A DNA stretch of 64,000 nt from Octopus sinensis (GCF_006345805.1 NC_043026.1:7192001-7256000); one strand, 5' to 3'; shown: positions 25,408 to 39,563, counted from the first letter of the stretch. The notes: generated by a model from the sequence alone, not told the origin. Numbers and translations: made by a program.

Positions 25408-26426
25408 ATATACATATACATATAAACTACACACACACAGAAACACACATTACTGATTGTCATTTTGTGTGCAAATAAAATTAAAAGTAAAACCTAACTC
25501 ACACATGATCTTGTTCTTGTTTAGCCCCAGGTTGTCTGTGGCTGAGCAGGTCTATGATTAAAAGTAGATTCCATCCATGACCATGTTTTTATCTACACAT
25601 GTGTTTGTGTGTCTGTTTCTTCTCCCTCTCACCACTTCATAATTGATGTTGGTTTGTTTACATCCGCATAACTTAGCAGTTCAGCAAAAGAGACTGATGG
25701 AATGAGTACCAAGCTTTAAAAAAAAAATAAATAAATGTCCCTGGCGGGGTGGTTGTGGGGAGATGGGGGTGTATTCGTTTGCTTCAAACTTCTTGAAGGT
25801 GGTGCCCCAGCATGGCCACAGTCAAATGACTGAAACGTGTGAAAGGTAAAAGATGAAAGGCACCCAAGGTTGTCCAGTTTAGGGCTCTTTGTAGGAGTTT
25901 GTGTTTGAGTTGGAAAGGGGTTTAGCTGCTACTTCATGCACGTCAGGTCAAATGAAAATGATGGCCCTCGTCACCACCACCACCACCACTACCACCAGCT
26001 CCACCACCATCATCATCATCACCACCACCATCACTATCATCATCATCATCATCACCACCACCACCACAAAGGGGGGGGATTCCCTCATTGGTCTAATGTA
26101 AGAATGGAAGGGAACAAAAAGATCTTGGAAAGGGAAAGAGAAAAAAGTTCAAGGAATACAATGAGGGGGTGGGGTGGGGATGGGCTGGTGGCATGTGGAG
26201 GAGAAAGAGAAGGAGGAGAAGCGGGGGGAAGTACTTTGCCCTGTCCCCCCCCCCGTTTCTCACCCCACCTGCCTCCACATCTCAATTCCCTGTCGTGTCC
26301 CATCCCTTCTTTCTGTCCTCTGGGCTCCCGATTCCAAGCCCGAACCCTCCCCCTTCACCCCACCCATCCTCCCAAATTTGGCAGTAAACCACCCCCATCC
26401 CTCACTTCACCCCACTCCATTGTCCA

Positions 26427-26845
26427 TTAAGACTTGTCCAGTTTCAGGTTGGACAGCGTCTGGCAGCAGGCCAGCTGGATGGCCGGCTTGCCGAGACACT
26501 GGCAGCCGTGCTGCACCGTGGACAGCGTGCGGCTGCACTGCACCTTCTCGCTCTCTTCCTGACCCCCATCATCACTTCTGCGTCTTGCTCCAGGCTTCAA
26601 ACAGTTTCCGTTACAGCCCACCTGCATCGCATAGCCACACTGACCACAAAGGTACTTCACGCTAGAATTGAACCCAGGACAGGAGAGTTTCAGGTAGTAC
26701 TCGGCTCCCTTGTGATGCTCGTGCTTCAGTGAGCCTTTCTCGTCCCCCTCAGAACCTGATGTCAGTCCCACAACTTTCTCCATGCTACCACAGTCGTTGC
26801 TGTTCTTGTTGTCGATGTAGTTACTGCTGCTGTCACAATATTTCT
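26427..26845 (-). CDS. Candidate terminal exon of an unidentified nested antisense gene (Cys-rich protein)
   Basis: Non-repetitive GC-rich island; frame open from 26843 to TAA at 26427 (KYCDSSSNY...KYLCGQCGYAMQVGCNGNC...CQCLGKPAIQLACCQTLSNLKLDKS); 35 of the last 38 codons end in G/C; possible acceptors acacacag (26845) or cagag (26843). No family recognised. Confidence 0.6.
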
Positions 26846-27233
26846 CTGTGTGTATATATATATATGTATAGTTACATGTATATGTTCATATCAGTAAGAT
26901 ATCTGTGTGTGTGTGTGTGTGGTGTTGGGGTGTATGCGTGAGAATGTGTTCTTGACTTCTTTGTATGTATATATGTATATGTATCACTTACATATATGTG
27001 TGTATTTCTAAAGATATATATATATAGACATATATATACAGATAGATACACAGAGAAAGAAAAATAAACAGATGGACAGATAGAGAAATTGGTGGACAGG
27101 TCTATCAATAGAGAGATAAATAAGTTAGCTAAATGGTTAAATAAAGAGATGAAATATATATATGTATTTACATAAATATATATGTGTATATATATTGACA
27201 GACTGATGAAAAGGTAGACAGATAGATAGATAT

Positions 27234-27280
<47 letters not shown>

Positions 27281-27306
27281 CACAGACAGAAAGCTAGCTA
27301 GCTAGC

Positions 27307-27338
<32 letters not shown>

Positions 27339-27345
27339 TATGTAC

Positions 27346-27382
<37 letters not shown>

Positions 27383-27391
27383 CAAACAGAC

Positions 27392-27427
<36 letters not shown>

Positions 27428-28004
27428 TGGCAAGGAGATAAATAAAATGTTTACAAATAGGTAGGCTGATAGATGGATAGGCAGAAAGCTAGCTAAGCAG
27501 ATATTATATTAATAATGATAATAATTATTAATCATATTACAAATTAATTTACATTCAAATTAGTATTTATGTTAACGAGGTGTAGATTCCATACAGTGTA
27601 ACAAATGCAACTAATTAAATCTGATACCACAAATTCTGCTGCTGGACTTATCAGATAATGAAGAAATACATCTATTAGTTGATTCCAATATTCTTTGATC
27701 TTGTGAATGGTATAGTTTCCAATCGTTGTTATCAAATCAATATATTCCACAACTGTTGATCTGGGTTTTTTTTTTGTTCTTTGAAATCTTCACCTTTTAA
27801 GAATTTTTCGCTTCTTGTCTTGGAATGGATTAACAATTCCTAATAAATCCTCTTCAGCACAAGTAATTCCAAAATTCTTCATAAGAATTATTTTTCAAAT
27901 TATTCTTTTAGTTGTTACAGACACAGACAACACGCTCTGGTACGTTTTGTTTGGAACTTTTTTAAAAGAACTTTTGTGTATTTTTCATTTAAATTTTGAA
28001 CAAA

Positions 28005-28042
<38 letters not shown>

Positions 28043-28200
28043 AGGGATATTTGGCTGCTATTTCTAGCGTATTTCATGACTGCACTGATGTACCCTTCTC
28101 TTACATTCCACAGAAGAATTAACAAGTTTTTCCCTTGTTTATTTCTATTGCTGTGGCTAACCCCACATCATTCTCTCTTCATTGCTGTTGTTGTTGTCGC

Positions 28201-28231
<31 letters not shown>

Positions 28232-28779
28232 GGTGGTGGTAGCAATGGTATTTAAACTCCGGAGTATCCTCGCAGCTTTGCAAGTTTCCGAAATTCCATG
28301 TTTAAAAATAAAGAGACCACCTCCAGAAAAACAAGCACCCGAATCAAATAATACCTTCGTTAGACAGTCTCATTAATTAATTAATTAATCATGTAACTAG
28401 CATTAGACAGTCCAGCTAATTAAATATACTTTTTTTGTCTTTGGTATTTTTCTTCTCTCTCATATATCGCATTCACCAAATTCTTTAAAATTGCTGGAAT
28501 GGAATTAAATCTGGTTACAGAGATCCGAACACGGATGCAAAAAAGCCGACTGGATTCCGAGAGACTGCAGATGATACGGTAGATGACACTGTAGAGGATG
28601 AGAGGTGGTGGGCAGGAATGGATTGGATAAATTTGAAAACAAAGAATAAAAGAGTCTGAGACTATGAAAGTGAGTGGTGAAAGGTCTGTAGAAATCTCAG
28701 GATGGTTTTTACTTCAGTTGGAATAGGAAAGAAGTGGTTGAGTTCTTTGAATGGCAGAACTATATATATGTGGGGATTG

Positions 28780-29606
28780 GGTGGGTGGGTGGGAGAGTGG
28801 GAGACAATGTTTGCATGGAGAGAGAGAGAGAGAGTGTGTGTGTGTGTGTGTGTGAGAGAGGAGAGAGAAAGAAAGTGTTTATGAGTGAGTGTGTGTTTGT
28901 ATGTGTGTGTGTGTGGGTGACTGGGAGGGACAGAGAGAGGGAGAGGATGAGTGTGTGGGGAGGGGTGGGGAGAGAGAAACTGTGTTTGTGTGGAGAGAGG
29001 GAGAGAGAGAGACATTGTATTTGTGAGAAAGTGTACAGTGTATGTGTGAGAAAGAGAGTGTGTGTGAGTGTGTAGGTGTTTGTGTGTGTGTGTGAGTGGG
29101 AGGGAGAGAGAGAGAGAGGAAGAGTGTGTGTGGGGAGGGGGAGAGAGAAACTGTGTTTGTGTGGAGCGAGAGGGAGAGAGAAACTGTGTGTGTGTGTAAG
29201 TGGGAGGGATAGAGAGAGTATTTGTATGAGGGTGTGTGTGTGTGTTTGTGTGTATCACATCTTTCTGTTGTCTCTGTGGGTATGGAAAAGAGACATACAG
29301 GGAGATTGTTGTACGGATGGGTGGAGGGAGGGATGGATGGATGGAGGGAGGGAGGGAGGGATGGATGGATGGATGGGTAGAGGGAGGGAGGGACGGAGGG
29401 ACGGAGGGATGGATGGATGGATGGATGGATGGATGGATGGATGGAGGGAGGGAGGGAGGGAGGGAGGGATGGATGGTCAGAGAGATCGATAGACAGACAG
29501 ACAGATCGATAGACAGACAGACAGATAGATAGACAGACAGACAGATAGACAGACTGACAGACAGATAGAAAGACTGACAGACAGATAGACAGACAGACAA
29601 ACAGAC

Positions 29607-29639
<33 letters not shown>

Positions 29640-29662
29640 TATAGACAAACAGATAGACAGAC

Positions 29663-29695
<33 letters not shown>

Positions 29696-29718
29696 TATAG
29701 ACAAACAGATAGACAGAC

Positions 29719-29749
<31 letters not shown>

Positions 29750-29960
29750 TAGACAGACAGATAGACGACAGACAGATAGATATAGAGAGAGACAGACAGA
29801 TAGATAGATATAGAGAGAGACAGACAGACAGATAGATAGATGGAAGAAAGTTAGGTAGACAGCTAGATATATGAATGGATGGTTAGATAGATAACTAAAT
29901 AGTGATAGTGACACACACACACACACACACAGATAGATAGATAGATAAATAGATAGATAC
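28780..29960. repeat. Compound (GA/GT)-(GGAT/GGGA)-(GATA/GACA) microsatellite; complementary block at 33420-34150
   Basis: Direct inspection. (TATG)n at 18500-18965 and dozens of (TA/CA)n tracts also occur throughout the window. Confidence 0.95.
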
Positions 29961-30216
29961 ATTCATGCATTCATACATAGATGAAGCTGTAAAAGTGTAT
30001 AAAAAAGTTGGCAAACACAAGAAATATTCTCGTTTATTGAAGAATCAGGCTGAAATCCGTTTATCATTATCAGATAAACTAAACAGGTGTGTGTATATAC
30101 GATGTTAATGTACTAATGTACTCTCTCACTCAATATATACATACATATATACATACATACATACATATATATACATATACATATAAAAATTACATAATTG
30201 TATATACATGCAACTG

Positions 30217-30285
<69 letters not shown>

Positions 30286-30762
30286 CATACAGATGATGAT
30301 GCAAATAAATACGCTGTATATATATATATTTATACATTTTCCTTTTTTTTTAATATATTTTTGGTTTGTTGTAATCTTTATGTCTACACACACCTGTCTT
30401 CAGTCTTCCGAATCGTATCATAAATTCATTCAGGTGAGACGAAGGTGGGGAAAGAAAAACTCATAAAATTATTTTTCGCTGCGACATAACTAAAAGTTAT
30501 AATGAAGTAACAGGGGTTTTATGAGGTTTCCTTTTTCTATTTTTGTCTTGTTTATAAATCTGAATGTGTGTGTGTGTGTGGTGTGTGTGTGTGTGGTGGA
30601 GGTGTTTGTATATATGTGTATATATTATATCTCTATCTATCTATACATCTATTTCTCTTTATATATATTACATATATGTACTGTACATGTATATGCGTGT
30701 GAGTATATACATATATGTATACACATATTTTTATAAACATGTGTATATGTATGTGTGTGTGT

Positions 30763-30797
<35 letters not shown>

Positions 30798-31907
30798 TAG
30801 ATAGATATATATAGATAGATAGATAGATATATATAGATATATACATAAATATATACACATATATATAAATGTGTGTATATGTAGTATTTGATAGTTGTTT
30901 ACATGCATGTATGTATGTTTGTATATTGTATATATGTATATATACACAATATACATTTACCCTTTTCGAGTTATTCATATGCCGTTAAGTATGTATATAT
31001 TATGTACTTGAATGCATACACATATGTGTGTGTGTGTATATATATATATATATTATATATATATAATTTATAATATATATATACATACATCTTACATATA
31101 GAGGGTATCGATATATATATATATATCGTATATTATATATGTAATGTATATATATTATACAGTATATATCTAATATACATTTCCATATGATATTACATAT
31201 ATATTTGTCCATTATATAATATATATATTACATTATATAGTATACATTAATTATATAATATATTATATAACATATATATATACATATATATATACATTAT
31301 TATATATAAATAATATATATACATATATATTATACATATATATATATAATATATAATATTATATATATATATACACAATATATATATATATATACACATA
31401 CATATATACATACAGGTGTGTATGTAGATGCTTGGAGTTGTTTATATTAGCAGGAATGGTTAAATAAATACAATGCTTCATGGAATTCTACCGAAAGACA
31501 ATCCATCAGGTGCCGCCATAACTCAATACTTGTAGTATTATGATACAAATAGTGTTTACACTGTACATCCTTCGGTTGCGTGTAAATGTATGCGTAGAGT
31601 GTATATCATCATCCTTCAGTGCTTTAAATCCGGGTATTGTCCCCATTAATGGAGGTGGCTGGATCTACCTTAATGACATGGCAACTGAAGCAGGCCACCC
31701 AAACCTTTGCCCCCACCCCACCACCACCACTTGGCAACCGATGTAGGTGTGTTTATGTCCTTGTAACTTAGCCATTTGGCAAAAGAGACTAATAGAATAG
31801 GTACCTGGCTTAAAAAAAGTAAGTCCTTGTGTCGATTCATTCACCTCAAATTCTTCAAGGTGCTGCTCCAGCTTGGCCGCAACCTAATGACTGAAACAAG
31901 TAAAGGA

Positions 31908-31938
<31 letters not shown>

Positions 31939-32237
31939 CATGTACGTCAGGCTTCGTTCAGTTTCTGCCTGCCAAATCCACTCACAAGGCATTGGTCGGC
32001 CCAGGGCTATAGCAGAAGACACTTGCCCAAGGTGCCATGCAGTGGGACTGAACCCAGAACCATGTGGTTGGGAAGCAGGCTTCTTACCACACACCCACAC
32101 CTGCAACTATATATATATATAGATATAATATATATAACACCTACACACATATATATGTATGCATTATATGTATATAATTATATATATATCTATATGTATA
32201 TGTATATATATATATATATCTATATGTATATGTATAT

Positions 32238-32300
<63 letters not shown>

Positions 32301-32403
32301 ATATATCTATATATAAACACACACACATATATATGTATCATATATATGTGTATATATATTATATATATATCTATATGTATTTTATATATATATATCTATA
32401 ATG

Positions 32404-32435
<32 letters not shown>

Positions 32436-33611
32436 CAACACACCACCACATATATATATATATATATATATATGTAATATGTATATATATATGTTTGTTG
32501 TGATTGTGTTACACGCTTGTTTTCTTTCAGATTTTCACTGCTTCTTTTCTTTTTTGTTGACTTTCTGTTTAGTTTTCCTTTTGTTTTTCTTATTTTCTCT
32601 GCATCTTCTTTCCAACCTCCCTCAAACCCCACCACCACCACCCCAACCATCATGGATGTAAATAGCACCAAGTGGGGGCGGGGCAAAATATTAACTCATT
32701 TAATGTATTTTTTTTGCTTGCAACCGGGGGTGGGATGGCATTTGCGTGTGTAAAAATCTGTAATATTCCTCCCCCGTCACCCCCCCCCAATCCCTACCCG
32801 GTACCCGTAATTATACTCTCGTAGATAACCATGGTGGACGAAGGGGTGGTTGATGATGTCAGCAAATAAATAAATACATATATGTGTAAAAAAAACAAAA
32901 ATATTTAAAAAAAACACTGGAAACTTAACAAGTAGTTGGTGTTGTTGTAGCCTCGGGTCAAAACTCATCCTGTAAACCCATTATCAAATGTGTTCCAGAT
33001 GTGGCCAACACTTCTTATCTAATTTTTTTGTTGAAATTTTTTCTTCAATTTTTTTTTGAATTTTTTTTTTTTTGCAATTGTTTAAAATAAATCTTTTGCA
33101 TCTTTTCTTTAAAAACGGTGGAATGTAATTCAAGGGACATTTGGCTGCTATTTCTAGCGCGTCTCACAACATCATTGAAGCGCCTTCCATTTGGTTCCAA
33201 TGAAGAATTGAATAAATTTTCATTTCTTTTTTTGTGTTCTTTTCACTCTTGCTAAACACATCATTCTCTCTGGGTCTCCTTCTCTCTCTCTTTCTTTTAA
33301 TCTTCCTTTCTTTCTCTTTGTCTTTCCAATGTTGGTTTTTAATGCTACTTGTTACCATTCCTTATTCTCTCCATTCTCTCCATTCTCTAGACTACCAACC
33401 TTCACTTCCTCTCCATCTTTCTCTCTCTTTATCTATCTAATTATCTATCTATCTATATCTTTCTGTCTATCTATCTATCTGTCCTGTTTCTTTCCATTTA
33501 CGATCCCTTTTGATCGAAAACCAAACCCCCTTCTTTTACCCCCAAAAGAAAAGCTCTACCTTGTAATTTTGTCCTGTCTGTGTGCAGCTCTGTGTGGCAA
33601 ATAAAGAAACA

Positions 33612-33714
<103 letters not shown>

Positions 33715-34670
33715 CCATCCGTCCATCTATCTATCTGTCTGTCTGTCCATCTGTCCATCTGCCCATCTGTCTGTCTGTCTGTCCCACCGTCCATCTGTCT
33801 ATCTATTTATCTATCTCTATCTATCTATCCATCATCTATCTGTCTATCTATCTATCTGTCTGTCTGTCTGTCTATTTGTCTGTCAGTCCATCTGCCCATC
33901 TGTCTGTCCCACCGTCCATCTGTCCATCCATCCAGCCATCCATCCATCTAGCAATCTATCTATATCTTTCTGTCTATCTATCTATCCATCTATCTAGCAA
34001 TCTCCAGTCTCTACTCCCTCTCCCTCCCTCTCTCTCTACCTGTCTTCTTCCAACAACTTTCGTTCCTTTTCTTCTACTTCACATCCCCTCTTTCTCTCTC
34101 TCTTTCTTCTATCTCTCTCTCCCCTCTCTCTTTTCCTCTGCCTGTCTCCCCCCTCTCTCGCTCCTTCCACCCCTCCCACCTCACTGTTCACTCATTCAAA
34201 CTAATTTGAACAGCTTCCAAAAAAACCTTAACTTGTAAACTTAGTTCTTCTCCACCCACACCCACTCACAACAACGCATCTATCTACCTGTCTATCTGTA
34301 TATCTTCATACACACACATATACATACATAAGATATATGTATATATATATATATATATAGTATATATATTATATATATATATATATATTATATATATATA
34401 CACATATATATATACATATATAATATATGTATATATATGTATATATATATGTATGTATATATATATAATATATAGATTATATTATATATATATATATACA
34501 TACGCACATTTATAAATGCATCCATGCATACATACATATTCATATATATATAATAATGTATATATACACACATACAAACATATACATACATGCATATATA
34601 TATACTCACACACATAAACATTAATGCTTAGACACATCTATATATAAAACATACTAGATTCTATAATATA

Positions 34671-34703
<33 letters not shown>

Positions 34704-35541
34704 ATATGTATGTATGTATAAATATATGTATGTATGTATGTATATATATGATTATGTATAAATATATTTATGTATGTATGTTATATATATGTATGTATGT
34801 ATATATGTTATATATATATGTATGTATATATATATATATGCATGTGCATTTATATGTGTATGTGTGTGTACATATATATACACACACACACATAAATAGC
34901 AAAAATAATACCCTAGAGGTTTAATTTTTGCTTATAATATATTTTTGTTTTATTGTCTATTCTTTTACTCTATTACTTGTTTCAGTCATGTGCCTTCGAC
35001 CATGCTGGAGCACCACCTTTGTGTATGTATATATATATATATATATATATACGTTTTATAAAGAAATGCCTCTTGTTTATGAATTACTTTCTTTGAAGAT
35101 TCCTCTCCTCCTCCTCCTCTTCCTCTCCACCCTTCCATCTTCCATTGCCTCACCCCACACCCCATTCGCTTCTTAGTCCCACCTCACACTGCACCTTTTT
35201 TCGCTGCCCTCCCCCCCACCAACGCACCACCTGCTCCTGCCACCTCTTTCGTCCTACCTCACACTGCACCTCGCCTCTCAGTTTCGTCTCCCACCTCTTA
35301 CTTTCACCATGTCGTTCCTCCAGCCTCATTACTCTCTCTCTCTCTCTTTTTTTCTCTCTTCCTTGGTTTATTCTTTCAGTCTCTTTCACTCTTTTTCTTT
35401 GTCTTTACCCATATATCTATCTGTCTGTCTGTCTATATCTCTGTATCTGTTTACTTGTGTGTCTCTCTGACTATTTGTCTATCTGTCTATCTATCTATCT
35501 ATCTGTCTGTCTGTCTATCTATATATCTATCTATCTCCCAA

Positions 35542-36359
35542 TATCATCATCATCATAGTTTAACGTCCGCTTTCCATGCTAGCATGGGTTGGACGATTTT
35601 GACAGAGGACTGGTGAACCAGATGGCTGCACCAGGCTCCAATCTTGATCTGGCAGAGTTTCTACAGCTGGATGCCCTTCCTAACGCCAACCACTCTGAGA
35701 GTGTATTGGGTGCTTTTACGTGCCACCGGCACGAGGGCCATTCAGGCAGTACTGGCAGGGGCCATACTCAATGGTGCTTTTTATGTGCACATCTGCACAG
35801 GAGCCAGTCCAGCGTCACTGGCAGCGACCTCCCTTGAATATTTTTCGCATGCCACCAGCAGAAGTGCCAGTAAGGTGACGCAGGTAACGATCACGCTGAA
35901 TGGTGCTTTTCTACATGCCATCAGCATGGAGGCCAGCTTGTTGCTCTGGCAACAATCATGCTCGGATGGTATTCTTAGCGCTGCACTAGCATGGATGCCA
36001 ATCATCGAATTTGATTTCGATTTCACTTGCCTCAACAGATCTTCGCAGAGTTTAGTGTCCACTGAAGGAAAGGTACGCATAAGTGGGCTGGTTACACACC
36101 TGGCATAGGCCACGAGGTTATGGTCCCAATTTGCTTGCCAGGTCTTCTCAAGCACAGCATATTTCCAAAGGTCCAGTCACTAGTCATATCCTCGGTAAGG
36201 CCCAATGTTCAAAGGTCATGCTTCACCACCTCATCTCAGGTCTTCCTGGGTCTACCTCTTCCACAGGTTCCCTCAACTGCTAGGGTGTGGCACTTTTTCA
36301 CACAGCTATCCACATCTATTCTCACCACATGGCCATACCAGCGCAGTTGTCTCTCTTTG
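35542..36359 (-). mobile_element. RTE-clade LINE 3' fragment
   Basis: ERQLRWYGHVVRI...VEGTCGRGRPRKT*DEVVKHDL*TLGLTEDMTSD, a typical RTE ORF2 C-terminus; 3' UTR with repeated modules; (GAT)n tail. Confidence 0.9.
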
Positions 36360-36455
36360 AACGTTGGGCCTCACGGAGGCAATGACAGGAGACCGAGACC
36401 TTTGGAGATATGCTGTGATTGAGAAGACCCGGCAACTAAAGTGAGACCACAGCCC
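36355..36455 (+). mobile_element. Short RTE C-terminal fragment, inverted relative to the adjacent copy
   Basis: TLGLTEAMTGDRDLWRYAVIEKTRQLK*. Confidence 0.75.
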
Positions 36456-36609
36456 ATGACAATGAAGATGATGATTTTGATAACAATGTTAATGATGATG
36501 ATGATGATGGTGACGACGACAACGATGATGATGTTGATGATGATGATGATGGTAATTAGTAATCATGATGATGTGTATGCATGCATATACACACAGCGAC
36601 ATACATATT

Positions 36610-36653
<44 letters not shown>

Positions 36654-36862
36654 TGTGGGGGGGGGGTGTAGCTATTCATGTTTTGTAACCAGAGAAATAG
36701 GTGTTTATTGTGTTTTAATTAGATCGTAGAATGTGTTTCCAGACAGACTCTCTCTCTCCCTCTCTCTCTCTCTCCCTCTCTCTCTCTCTATTTATATATA
36801 TATATAACATATATATACATAATATATACGCATATGTGTGTGTATGTGTGTATACATATGTT

Positions 36863-36902
<40 letters not shown>

Positions 36903-36904
36903 TG

Positions 36905-36999
<95 letters not shown>

Positions 37000-37880
37000 G
37001 AATGTGTTTGCGCTGTATTTATGTAATATGGGTGTGTATGTATGTGGACATGTGTGCATATGTACATGTTAATATGTATGTATATCTACGTATATATATA
37101 CATATATATATACATATATATACATATATATATATGATGATATATACATACATATGTCTTTATATGTATTTTGTATGTCAAGCTTTGCCATCTGCCTCCA
37201 CTCACCAGAACCAAATTCTGTGCACTTTTGTTATATAATTCAACATTCCAGGCATATAATACTAAACTTATATACACCCACTGCCATTCTTATTCATTCT
37301 CTTGTCTGTATCCTCATATATATTATACATATAGGTACAGGTGTGGCTGTGTAGTAAGAAGCTGGATTCCCAACCACATGGTTCTGGGTTCTGTCCCACT
37401 GCATGGTACCTTGGGCAAGTGTCTTTCACTATAGCCTTGTGAGTGGATTTGGTGGATGGAAACTGTAAGAAGCCCATAGTATATATATATATGTATGTAT
37501 TTATTATTTGTGTCTGTGTTTGTCCCATCACCATTACTTGACAACCAATGCTGGTGTGTTGACATCCCTGTCACTTAGCGGTTTGTCAAAGAGACCAATA
37601 GAATAAGTACTAGGCTTTCAAAGAATAAGTCCTGGGGTTGATTTGTTTGACTTGAAGGCAGTACTCCAGCATGGCCACAGTCAAATGACTGAAACAGGTA
37701 AAAGAATAAAATAATATATATACCTACACATGTATGTGTGTGTGTGTGTGTGGTTGCATGTGTGCATATATATAAATACAAGTAAGCACTTTGATGCAAA
37801 ACAAGGTGTAAAAATAGTACTAAAATACCAAAGGCAGAGCAGTATACCATATTATTAAAGTTGAATTATATCTTGGCAAG

Positions 37881-37969
37881 ATGTTACACAGGAGTTTCAC
37901 ATGACCATTTGTTGGACAGTTGTGGTTGCATCTGTCTGACAAACAGTCACCAGAAACTCTGCATAACAG
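37881..37969. ncRNA. Second head-to-head pair of family-B hammerhead-like motifs (decayed)
   Basis: Minus 37919-37881 CTGT-CCAACAA-ATG GTCA TGT-GAAA-CTC CT GTGT-A-ACAT; plus 37932-37969 CTGT-CTGACAA-ACA GTCA CCA-GAAA-CTC T GCAT-A-ACAG; many differences from consensus are CpG transitions. Confidence 0.5.
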
Positions 37970-39419
37970 TTTGTGAAGGTTTTCAGCTTTAACAAATGGT
38001 GAAATTCCTGCTGGCATCCTGGGACCCACAAGCCAACAGGGTCAATTACGAATTGTGGCCAAAAGAAGACATCAATTAATAAAACCAGTTTACATATTTC
38101 TTTTGCATTCTCTTTTATCCTCACCGTCAGCATCATTGTTTAACATCTGCCTTCCATGCTGGCATGGGTGGAACAGTTTGACTGGAACCGGCCAGGCAGG
38201 AGCCTGCACAGGATTTCTGTGACAGTTTTGGTAAGATTTTTACAACTGGATGCCCTTCCTAACACCAAGCACCCTCCAGAGTGGGCTTAGTGCTTTTTAC
38301 TTGGCACAAGCACAGGTGGGGGTCATTTTTGACCAGGTTTTACAATTGGATGCCTTTCCAAATGCTTTTGGCTTTACTCTTTTTACTCTTTTACTTGTTT
38401 CAGTCATTTGACTGCGGCCAGGCTGGAGCACCGCCTTTAGTCGAGCAACTCGACCCCGGGACTTATTCTTTGTAAGCCCAGTACTTATTCTATCGGTCTC
38501 TTTTGCCGAACCGCTAAGTGACGGGGACGTAAACACACCAGCATCAGTTATCAAGCAATGCTAGGGGGACAAACACAGACACACAAACACACACACATAC
38601 ATATCTATATACATATATACGACAGGCTTCTTTCAGTTTCCGTCTACCAAATCCACTCACAAGGCTTTGGTCGGCCCGGGGCTATAGTAGAAGACATTTG
38701 CCCAAGATGCCACGCAGTGGGACTGAACCCGGAACCATGTGGTTGGTTAGCAAGCTACTAACTTTTGTGATATGATTGTGGTACCGGTGGTGGTGGGTTG
38801 TGGTTGTGGCGGACATGGTGGTGGCAGTGGTGGTGGTGTTGATGAAGATAGTAGTAATGGTAATGATGATGATCATGGCTGTGAAGTGGTGATGATGATG
38901 ACGATCACGATACTGAGGATGCTGATGATGGCAGTGAGGAGGATGACAACAACGACGATGATGATGATGATAACGATGATGATGATGGTTGTTAGAGTGA
39001 CGGTGGGGATGGCATTGTTAGTATCACCTAACTGTAAAGAGAGATCTTAAGAGACACACCCTGCTATGCATACACACATATATATGAATGTGTATGTATA
39101 TACATATACATATAAAATAGAAGTGAAAACATGCATATATATATATATATATATATCTTTTATCAGCTATCTTTTACTTGTTTCAATTATTAGACTGTGG
39201 CCATGCTGGAGCACCGCCTTCAAGAATTTTTAGTGGAGCAAAACGACCCAGTACTGTTTTTTTTTTTTTTGAGCTTCGCATTTATTCTGTCAGTCTTTTT
39301 TGCCAAGCCTCTAAGTTACAGGGATGTAAACACACCAACATCGGTTTTCAAGCAATGGCTGGAGAGAACATGTAGATACAAAAAGAAACACGCACACGTA
39401 TTTATATACATATATATAT

Positions 39420-39563
39420 AAAGTTAATCCAAACATGAAAACACAAAGAGAAATCACAACAACGCAAGGACGTGGAACAAATATAGTATTATTGGACTCT
39501 CAGGCAGGAAGGGAAGAAGGAGGGTTTAACGTTTCGAGCAGACTCTTCGTCGGAAACGTAGGA
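39420..39563 (-). mobile_element. Probable Penelope-like element 3' end running into the gap
   Basis: Hammerhead-like motif followed by a pyrimidine/T-rich tail ending in (TA)n; truncated by the N gap. Confidence 0.5.
39524..39557 (-). ncRNA. Minimal type-I hammerhead-like motif (family C)
   Basis: Minus strand GTTT-CCGACGA-A-GAG TCTG CTC-GAAA-CG-TT-AAAC: stem I GUUU/AAAC, stem II GAG/CUC, self-complementary AACGUU stem III; U4C core variant. Activity untested. Confidence 0.7.
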
